A DNA stretch of 64,000 nucleotides, taken from positions 1 to 64,000 of IMG/VR virus record IMGVR_UViG_3300033076_001039; one strand, given 5' to 3'. The translations under genes and the position numbers were made by a program. Positions within the stretch are counted from its first letter, which is position 1; each line of letters begins with the position of its first letter. Positions 1 to 7,801 of the stretch are shown here, piece after piece. Source of the DNA: a virus. Lineage: Duplodnaviria; Caudoviricetes. The notes beneath the pieces were generated by a model. It had not been told where the DNA came from. It did not search any database and was given only the letters and a program-made list of their open reading frames with translations.

Positions 1-3000
1 CCGCTAGTTCCTGATGAACCACTTGAACCTGAAGTACCATTCGTACCACTAGTTCCTGATGAACCACTTGAACCTGATGAACCACTTGAACCAGATGTCC
101 CTGAAGAACCTGAAGAACCTGAAGTGCCATTCGTTCCGCTAGTTCCTGATGAACCACTTGAACCTGAAGTACCATTCGTACCACTAGTACCTGAAGAACC
201 CGATGTACCTGATGAGCCAGATGTACCATCAGTACCGCTAGTTCCTGATGAACCACTTGAACCTGATGTTCCGCTAGAACCTGAAGTACCATTAGTCCCA
301 CTAGTTCCCGATGAACCACTTGAACCTGAAATACCACTAGTACCACTAGTACCTGATGAACCTGAAGTTCCGCTAGTTCCTGAAGAACCTGATGTTCCCG
401 ATGAACCACTTGAACCTGAAGAACCTGAAGAGCCATTAGTCCCGCTAGTTCCCGAAGAACCTGATGTACCATCTACACCTGATGTTCCTGATGAACCGCT
501 TGAACCTGAATTACCGCTAGTTCCTGATGAACCTGAAGTTCCTGATGAACCTGAAGTTCCGTTTCCGCCACTAGTACCTGAGGTTCCACTTGAACCAGAT
601 GTACCACTACTACCATTAACACCACTAATTCCTGAAGTACCACTAGTACCTGAACTACCTGATGTACCATCACTACCACTAGTTCCTGATGAACCTGATG
701 TACCATCTGAACCACTAGTACCTGAACTACCTGATGTACCATCACTACCGCTAGTTCCTGATGAACCTGATGTCCCGTCTGAACCACTAGTACCTGAACT
801 ACCCGATGTACCATCACTACCGCTAGTACCTGATGAACCTGACGTTCCTGATGAACCTGATGTTCCTGAACTACCTGATGTACCATCACTACCGCTAGTA
901 CCTGAACTACCTGATGTACCATCACTACCACTAGTACCTGAACTACCTGATGTACCATCACTACCGCTAGTACCTGATGAACCTGACGTTCCTGATGAAC
1001 CTGATGTTCCTGAACTACCTGATGTACCATCACTACCGCTAGTACCTGAACTACCTGATGTACCATCACTACCACTAGTACCTGAACTACCTGATGTACC
1101 ATCACTACCGCTAGTACCTGATGAACCTGACGTTCCTGATGAACCTGATGTTCCTGAACTACCTGATGTACCATCACTACCACTTGTTCCTGAAGACCCA
1201 CTAGTTCCTGAAGACCCACTTGTCCCTGAAGACCCGCTAGTTCCTGAAGACCCACTAGTCCCTGAAGACCCGCTACTTCCTGAGGCGGATTGTAATGTAG
1301 TTACGATGTAAGAATAGTGTGTAGTACCTTCAGTATAAAATGTAACCGTTTTATTACCTGTTTGGTTATTGTTCACATAAATATTAACAATAATTCTATC
1401 AGATGGGTCTAAAATTGCTGTAGTTGCAACACCATTACTTTTTGTTTCTACGGGAGTTGTATTATTTGTTTGCCACCCAATTTGTACAGGGTCACCACTA
1501 AATAATACAGTTGTTGTTCCACCTGTAGTATATTTTGATACTGTAAAGTAATAAGTAATATCATCATTTACAGCGTTTTTAGTGAAATAAGAATATGCGT
1601 GCCATATACCATTTGGAATAACCAAAACATTTGGATAACCAGGGTCGGTAATCCAACCTGAATCAACCAAAACATTTTGTTGGTTAGACGTTAAATTAAC
1701 AGTTATTCCTGTTTGAGGTGCCGTTGTTGTATATAAACCTAATTCTCTGTATGGTGATGGTGATTGAGCAACAGATGAGTTGAAAAATAAATTTTGTCCT
1801 CCTGAAATACCATTAATACCTGAAGTTCCTGATGAACCCGAACTACCGCTAGTTCCAGAGGAACCTGATGAGCCATCAACACCACTAGTTCCCGATGAAC
1901 CACTACTACCTGAAGTTCCACTAGACCCTGAAGTAGAAGTATACGCAACCGCTGCAACACCAATATTTTTAATATTAACAATAATTGAAGGTGCTGCAGG
2001 TGCAACAAATGGTGATGTTGTTGCAGATAATGCCGTAATTTGAGCATATTGTGTTGTTGCCGCCATTACTAATTCAACAGTATCTCCTTGATTTAAAGAT
2101 AAAATAATACTTACAAATGGTAATTGTTTTGTTGAATTAGCAACTAAATCAATATACGAATCTGTTCTCGGTACATCAACACCATTAACACGAACCCAAA
2201 AACTCATTTCAGAATTTGTTCCTTGTGTTTTTTCAACTTGAGGGGAATATGCAAATTCGTAGATTCCTGAATATTGAATGGAAATACTATTACCGCTTAG
2301 TAAGGTAATTCCATTTTCTATTTCAGTATTACTATAGGTTATAACTGTTGGAGTATTTGCACCTGAGACTACTTGAGTAATATCACTACTATAAGACGCA
2401 TAATAGTTCATTACTCCAGCTCCGCTAGTTCCTGAAGAACCTGAGGTTCCACTTGAACCTGAGCTTCCGCTTGAACCTGATGACCCTGATGTACCATCCA
2501 CACCACTAGTTCCTGAAGAACCTGATGAACCTGAAGTTCCACTTGAACCTGATGTACCATCTACACCACTAGTTCCTGAAGAACCTGAAGAACCTGAAGT
2601 ACCACTAGTCCCTGAAGAACCTGATGTACCATCTACACCACTAGTTCCTGAAGAACCTGAAGTACCACTTGAACCTGATGAACCTGAGGTACCGCTCGAA
2701 CCTGATGTACCATCAACACCACTAGTTCCTGAAGAACCTGATGTACCATTAGTACCACTAGTTCCTGAAGAACCTGATGTACCATCTACACCACTAGTCC
2801 CTGAAGAACCTGAAGTGCCACTTGAACCTGATGTTCCGTCCGTACCACTAGTACCTGAAGAACCCGATGTACCTGATGAACCGCTCGTACCTGATGTACC
2901 ACTTGAACCTGATGAACCGTTTGACCCATCAATCCCACTAACACCTGATGTTCCACTTGTCCCTGAAGAACCACTAGTCCCATTTGTCCCACTTGTTCCC

Positions 3001-3986
3001 GAAGAACCACTAGTTCCATTTGTTCCACTTGTTCCTGAAGAACCACTTGAACCATCAATCCCACTAACGCCTGAAGTTCCACTAGTTCCTGATGAACCAC
3101 TTGAACCTGAAGTGGTACCTGTAAATGTAATAACAACATTTCCACCACCATTATCAGTAACAGAGGCATTTGAAAATGTCATCCCTGTAACATTTGTTGC
3201 GGTTACACCTGAAGTGGCATCATATATTGTAAGAGGGCTTCCTCCTCCACCTGAAGTAAATCCTGTCACTTGAATATCTTGACCAAGTGAATTAGTTAAC
3301 GTTAAAGTTTGAGTACCTGAATTATATGTACCTCCCGTGATTGGTACTGTCAAACCTGTAATAGTAATAGTACCACCAGTATTATTATATAAAACTAAAT
3401 CTGAAGTACCTGAATAAAAGGTACCTCCTGTAATTTGAACATCAGTTCCATAGAATATCCTCCAACGTGCATCATTATGAGTAACCCCATCAACACCCTC
3501 AACAGTTGAGCCTGTCCAAGCGTTTATGAAGTTTTTACCGGCTTGGGAACGACTATTTACTACTGTCGCATAATCGGTAACTGTTTTTGCCGAATTTCCT
3601 GTAAGTCCCGATAATGCATCCCATAAAGTCTCATAATTAGGTATTGTGTATTGGTATACCGTATCCGTTTCTTGAACATATACCTGCATACCAAGTCTTC
3701 TCCTACCTGATGAAATATTATCAGAATTTAAACTTATACTGTCAGGTGAAAAAGCAGTTCCTGTTCCTTTTGTAAAATTTATTGGAATCGTGTTTGCAGA
3801 TAGTTGTATATTTGAAGGGTATGTTGAAGCAGTTAATACAAGTTCAAGGTCACTTAGATAATAAACTTCCATATAACCTCCCACAGTTAATACGGAAAAA
3901 TTAGTACCAAATGTTGAAGTCCTTAAAACACTTTGAGTTCCACCTAATTGTGCTGACGATAAAGGGTTTTTATATTCTAATGCCAT
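1..3986 (-). CDS. Giant Gly-X-Y (GTS/GSS) collagen-like fibre protein with internal C1q/BclA-like and beta-sandwich domains; 3'-partial, runs off left edge (>1320 aa)
   Basis: Manual translation from ATG 3986: MALEYKNPLSSAQLGG...RRLGMQVYVQETDTVYQ. The same frame reads GTSGSSG repeats down to base 1, and the globular inserts I translated have no stop. Insert ~2415-1945 reads YYASYSSDITQ...GIYEFAYSPQV...SLNQGDTVEL...APSIIVNI (C1q/BclA-like); a second insert lies at ~1795-1290. Absent from the ORF track because its stop is outside the window. Confidence 0.88.
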   Translation of the reverse strand, partial: MALEYKNPLSSAQLGGTQSVLRTSTFGTNFSVLTVGGYMEVYYLSDLELVLTASTYPSNIQLSANTIPINFTKGTGTAFSPDSISLNSDNISSGRRRLGMQVYVQETDTVYQYTIPNYETLWDALSGLTGNSAKTVTDYATVVNSRSQAGKNFINAWTGSTVEGVDGVTHNDARWRIFYGTDVQITGGTFYSGTSDLVLYNNTGGTITITGLTVPITGGTYNSGTQTLTLTNSLGQDIQVTGFTSGGGGSPLTIYDATSGVTATNVTGMTFSNASVTDNGGGNVVITFTGTTSGSSGSSGTSGTSGVSGIDGSSGSSGTSGTNGTSGSSGTSGTNGTSGSSGTSGTSGVSGIDGSNGSSGSSGTSGTSGSSGTSGSSGTSGTDGTSGSSGTSGSSGTSGVDGTSGSSGTSGTNGTSGSSGTSGVDGTSGSSGTSGSSGSSGTSGSSGTSGVDGTSGSSGTSGTSGSSGSSGTSGVDGTSGSSGTSGSSGSSGTSGVDGTSGSSGSSGSSGSSGTSGSSGTSGAGVMNYYASYSSDITQVVSGANTPTVITYSNTEIENGITLLSGNSISIQYSGIYEFAYSPQVEKTQGTNSEMSFWVRVNGVDVPRTDSYIDLVANSTKQLPFVSIILSLNQGDTVELVMAATTQYAQITALSATTSPFVAPAAPSIIVNIKNIGVAAVAYTSTSGSSGTSGSSGSSGTSGVDGSSGSSGTSGSSGSSGTSGINGISGGQNLFFNSSVAQSPSPYRELGLYTTTAPQTGITVNLTSNQQNVLVDSGWITDPGYPNVLVIPNGIWHAYSYFTKNAVNDDITYYFTVSKYTTGGTTTVLFSGDPVQIGWQTNNTTPVETKSNGVATTAILDPSDRIIVNIYVNNNQTGNKTVTFYTEGTTHYSYIVTTLQSASGSSGSSGTSGSSGTSGSSGTSGSSGTSGSSGTSGSDGTSGSSGTSGSSGTSGSSGTSGSDGTSGSSGTSGSDGTSGSSGTSGSDGTSGSSGTSGSSGTSGSSGTSGSDGTSGSSGTSGSDGTSGSSGTSGSDGTSGSSGTSGSSGTSGSSGTSGSDGTSGSSGTSGSDGTSGSSGTSGSDGTSGSSGTSGSDGTSGSSGTSGSDGTSGSSGTSGTSGISGVNGSSGTSGSSGTSGTSGGNGTSGSSGTSGSSGTSGNSGSSGSSGTSGVDGTSGSSGTSGTNGSSGSSGSSGSSGTSGSSGTSGTSGSSGTSGTSGISGSSGSSGTSGTNGTSGSSGTSGSSGSSGTSGTDGTSGSSGTSGSSGTSGTNGTSGSSGSSGTSGTNGTSGSSGSSGTSGSSGSSGSSGSSGTSGTNGTSGSSGSSGTS
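640..1285. repeat. Coding tandem repeats in the fibre gene: 9-nt Gly-X-Y unit, 36-nt unit, ~2.5 near-exact copies of a 144-nt unit, and 18-nt units at ~1185-1280
   Basis: gacgttcctgatgaacctg recurs at 841, 985 and 1129 (period 144); ctagtacctgaactacctgatgtaccatcactacc recurs many times; cctgaagaccc recurs every 18 nt at ~1189-1270. Confidence 0.9.
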
Positions 3987-4013
3987 GTTCTATATTGTTA
4001 TATTTAAGTATTT

Positions 4014-5273
4014 TTAAGATTTAGTATCACCTTTTATCCAAAGTGTTGTACTTAATGGTGGTGCTCCTGGCACATAATACAACTCGTTCATCCATAGTAC
4101 TCTATAAACTCCTGAAGGTATTGCACATCCTGATGGTACCGTTACGTTAATTCCCGCATTTGTTGTGTCAGGTACACCATTATCAATAATAGACACCGAA
4201 CATGCAGAACCTGTACCCACGTCTAATGTCATATTAGTCATAGAACCTCCAACTCCCGCTAATGGTATCCAAACTGTATAAACATATTGTTCAGATGGAT
4301 TAACCATACTTGTTGTAATACCAATACTTCCAAATGTATATTGATTTTGAGGACAACCTTGAGAATCCGTACCTGAACCTGATGCCTGTCTGATTGAATT
4401 TTTAATTGTACCAACATTAGTTATAAAATTACCACTTGAACCTGTCCATCCAGGGTATTGAACATATATCGCCAAGTCCGAAGCATATGTTGCTCCACCT
4501 GCAGGTCCTCCATTATTTGTAAACCCGTTGAAGTTTCCACCCGCATTAAATGTCCACAAACCTATATCCGCCTGTGAAGTTCCATCTTGTGGTTCAGGGA
4601 ATATATATGCACTAAACGGTACATTAGTTGGTGTTGGTGTTAATGTTGGTGTAGGAGTATTTGTAGGTGTACTAGTGTTTGTCTGTGTTGGTGTGTTAGT
4701 ATTAGTTGGTGTATTAGTTGGAGTTGTAGTATTAGTTGGTGTATTAGTTGGTGTGGTGGTATTTGTTGGTGTATTTGTAGGTGTTGGTGTTAATGTTTTA
4801 GTTGTAGTTGGAGTATTAGTCGGTGTTGTAGTATTTGTTGGTGTTACAGTAGGTGTAATTGTATTTGTCGGCGTGATTGATGGAGTAGGAGTGTTAGTTG
4901 GTGTTGTAGTATTAGTTGGTGTATTTGTTGGCGTACTAGTATTTGTAGGTGTGTTAGTTGGAGTCGCAGTATTAGTTGGAGTCACCCCTGTCATAGGGTC
5001 AGTTTGAGTTGGTGTTGGAGTAATAGTCGGAGTAATAGTTGGTGTTGGTGTACTACATTCAATAGTCACCACAACCCCATTCAACATTTCTGTTCTTGTT
5101 TGTGCTGAATAATATATTGCACTGTCAAGATAAACATTAAATGGTCCTAACGCGTTTGAATTGGATGCCAACCTAACTATATATGTAGTACACCCTGTAA
5201 CCGTTAGTTGTTGTTCGATTTCAGTGGCACATCCAGGGGCATTGTTTGTTACTAATATAGAATATGTGGACAT
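4014..5273 (-). CDS. Pro/Thr-rich (TPTNT repeat, mucin-like linker) putative virion protein
   Basis: 419-aa ORF with ~140 aa of TPTNTPT repeats between two globular, Cys-containing regions; lies in the fibre/baseplate cluster. Confidence 0.7.
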   Translation of the reverse strand: MSTYSILVTNNAPGCATEIEQQLTVTGCTTYIVRLASNSNALGPFNVYLDSAIYYSAQTRTEMLNGVVVTIECSTPTPTITPTITPTPTQTDPMTGVTPTNTATPTNTPTNTSTPTNTPTNTTTPTNTPTPSITPTNTITPTVTPTNTTTPTNTPTTTKTLTPTPTNTPTNTTTPTNTPTNTTTPTNTPTNTNTPTQTNTSTPTNTPTPTLTPTPTNVPFSAYIFPEPQDGTSQADIGLWTFNAGGNFNGFTNNGGPAGGATYASDLAIYVQYPGWTGSSGNFITNVGTIKNSIRQASGSGTDSQGCPQNQYTFGSIGITTSMVNPSEQYVYTVWIPLAGVGGSMTNMTLDVGTGSACSVSIIDNGVPDTTNAGINVTVPSGCAIPSGVYRVLWMNELYYVPGAPPLSTTLWIKGDTKS

Positions 5274-5369
5274 TCGATGTTTTTATTTAATAAATACCAC
5301 AACAATACTATTTCAGTGAGTCAGATTAAAAATATTGGGAACTTTAATTTTAGTTGTATTATTGACTTT

Positions 5370-5669
5370 TTATTGTATGTTAATATTAACAACACAAGAA
5401 GCCAATTCAATTGTGATTTGAAAGGTACATCCAAATGTACATTCTAATAACTTAAATAAACTACATCCGTTATTATCAGTCAGTGTCAACATTATTTGAG
5501 GAGCAGTCTGAAAAATTGATGGAATCACCGTATTGTATTCAACAATTGGTGGTACAGGTCCTGGGTCAATTGTACCAAGCAAAGTTTGATGATTACCATA
5601 TACATCTGAAATGTATACGTCAATAGGATAAGTACCCCCCGTTATTTCCGTTATTCTTACTTGTATCAT
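5370..5669 (-). CDS. Small beta-rich putative virion protein, single SprB-like unit
   Basis: ITGGTYP...LTDNNGC resembles one repeat of the upstream protein. Start at 5669 chosen from the ATGA overlap with the upstream stop. Confidence 0.6.
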   Translation of the reverse strand: MIQVRITEITGGTYPIDVYISDVYGNHQTLLGTIDPGPVPPIVEYNTVIPSIFQTAPQIMLTLTDNNGCSLFKLLECTFGCTFQITIELASCVVNINIQ

Positions 5670-7801
5670 GTTAAACAAATAATATCATATACAATTAGTA
5701 GTTCAATTGTAATTTCTTGACCATCTAAACTATTATTGTTTGGATTAGTCTCTATTTTAATTTGGTTATTACCCGCATCAACCGTTACATTACCAATACC
5801 AGGAATTGTTTGTAATAAATTAACAACCGTGTCATAATATTCATTATCACTTGGTGCGGTAATTAGTGAAGTACTCGTAAAGAATGTATTTGAAGTAGTT
5901 AAACCTAAAGGATTCACCGAAATATTTACCGTGAATGTCGCAGAAATTAAACTACAACTTGTATTACCTGACGTTAAATCATCAAATCCGTCATTTAACA
6001 TTTGTAATAAACCATACTTTGTTTGTGATTGAATGTTAAATACTTCAGACCCCATAACATATGTCTGATATGATGCGTAATTTGCATCACAAGTTATATC
6101 CGCAAATCTTTGTAAAGAACATCCATTATTGTCTATAATTGTAACATTATATGTTCCTGCAGTTAAACCACTAACTTGAATTTGTTGAGGGTTATTTGGG
6201 ACGTTTGTTGACCAATTAAATGTAAACGGTGGCTCTCCTGATGAAATAAATGCAGTTATTGCCCCGTTAGACCCACTACCACATGAAGTGCTATATAAAC
6301 TATAATTTAAAGTCGGACTGGATTCAACATTTACTTGTATCGTTTGAGTACATCCCGTATTATCATTTACAGTAATTGTATGTTGTCCTGCGGATACGTT
6401 ATTAAACGTAACTGCGGATTGTGATGTATCTAATATATTAACCAAACCATCTAAAGAATAATCAAATGGTGGTTGACCTCCATCTGTTTTTGTTACCGTT
6501 ATATACCCATTACTCTGATTACATGTCGTTCCTGTTGTTTCAGTTGAAATTGTGAATGTATTTGTCGCATATAATGTAACCTCATCCATATAATAACAAC
6601 CCGAAGCATCTGTAACTGAAACAGTATATGTTCCTGAATATAAATTTGAGAATAATTGGTTTGTTTGCGTATTCGCAACATTTAACGTGTCACCATTAGG
6701 ATATATTAAAGTGTAGGTATATGGTGTAGTACCACCATTAACCGCCACACTAATAGTTCCACCACTACTAGAGCAAGTTGACCCTTGAGTATTAATAACA
6801 ACTGATGTAATACCGTTAGGTGATGTTAATACCGTACCTTGTGTAAAATTACATAATGCAGCATCCGTAACTTGGATACTATAACTACCTGGCGATAGTC
6901 CTGAAATGGACCAAGATGTAGGATATTGAACCGTAACCTCACCTGTCGATGCTGAAAAATAATACGGTGCAGTACCTCCCGTAATTTGTATTGTTAATAC
7001 ACCATCGTTAGAGAAACATGAAGGTTGTGTTACGGTAAATGAACCAAAACCAAGTGGCGATACATCAGTTACAGTTGCGGTCTCGCTTTTGACACAACCG
7101 TAAGCATCCGTTACATCTACTGAATATACACCCGCAGTTAATCCCGTTACAGTTGAACCTGTTGCGGTGGTGTTCCAAAGATATGTATATGGTGGAGTCC
7201 CCGTCAAACCTGTTACCATGATTTTACCAATAGGTGAACCATTACAAGAAGAATTTGGAATTACGTACAACCCATAATTTAATGGACTTGAATCTTCAAC
7301 AATAAAGTTAGATGTTTGTGCAGTACACCCACCTAAGTCTTCAACCGTCATATAATATGTTCCAGCAGTTAAACTACCAAAAACTATTGTTTGTTGATTA
7401 GTCACCGCCGATTGTGAAAAAACACCATTACCTTGATATAAGTAAAAATTAGTTGATGAATACTCTGATGTTGAGCTACCTGTTACGGCACCATTATCAA
7501 ATCCGCAAGTTGTTCCTTGAACTGCCAATATGCTGGCACATACCCCACTCGATACAGGTATGTTAATATAAAACTCGGCGTTAGTAGGTAAAGAGCTGTC
7601 ATTAACACGTACCGCATAAGTATCGGCACTTAAACCTGTTTTAACTGCCGGTGACGTAGTGACAACATCAGGTGATAATGCGGGACTAATCCAGTCTACT
7701 GTATATGGTGAAGTACCACCTGTTAGTGATAAACTAATTGAACCAAGATTTGAGTTGGTACAATCCCCCGTTATCGATATACTATAATTAAAAACTGACA
7801 T
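5666..7801 (-). CDS. SprB-repeat protein (Bacteroidota adhesin-type repeats), putative tail/baseplate appendage
   Basis: About seven repeats of C-x4-G-x-I-x5-GG-T-x-PY-x-Y-x-W...L-x-AG-x-Y-x-V-x-V-x-D-x2-GC. No signal peptide. TAATG-coupled to the upstream baseplate gene. Confidence 0.8.
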   Translation of the reverse strand: MSVFNYSISITGDCTNSNLGSISLSLTGGTSPYTVDWISPALSPDVVTTSPAVKTGLSADTYAVRVNDSSLPTNAEFYINIPVSSGVCASILAVQGTTCGFDNGAVTGSSTSEYSSTNFYLYQGNGVFSQSAVTNQQTIVFGSLTAGTYYMTVEDLGGCTAQTSNFIVEDSSPLNYGLYVIPNSSCNGSPIGKIMVTGLTGTPPYTYLWNTTATGSTVTGLTAGVYSVDVTDAYGCVKSETATVTDVSPLGFGSFTVTQPSCFSNDGVLTIQITGGTAPYYFSASTGEVTVQYPTSWSISGLSPGSYSIQVTDAALCNFTQGTVLTSPNGITSVVINTQGSTCSSSGGTISVAVNGGTTPYTYTLIYPNGDTLNVANTQTNQLFSNLYSGTYTVSVTDASGCYYMDEVTLYATNTFTISTETTGTTCNQSNGYITVTKTDGGQPPFDYSLDGLVNILDTSQSAVTFNNVSAGQHTITVNDNTGCTQTIQVNVESSPTLNYSLYSTSCGSGSNGAITAFISSGEPPFTFNWSTNVPNNPQQIQVSGLTAGTYNVTIIDNNGCSLQRFADITCDANYASYQTYVMGSEVFNIQSQTKYGLLQMLNDGFDDLTSGNTSCSLISATFTVNISVNPLGLTTSNTFFTSTSLITAPSDNEYYDTVVNLLQTIPGIGNVTVDAGNNQIKIETNPNNNSLDGQEITIELLIVYDIICLT

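Noticed and set aside
640-1285. Regular ~36-nt repeats as a CRISPR array
   Set aside because: No unique spacers; all units are multiples of 9 nt and encode in-frame Gly-X-Y.
124-3273. Plus-strand PEVP-rich ORFs (124-1311, 1780-2043, 2815-3273) and minus-strand VHQV-rich ORFs (473-1255, 1739-2047, 2786-3169)
   Set aside because: Antisense or alternate-frame shadows of the Gly-X-Y fibre gene; the repeats simply lack stops in those frames.
4528-5007. Val/Gly-rich hydrophobic plus-strand ORF
   Set aside because: Antisense shadow of the TPTNT repeat.
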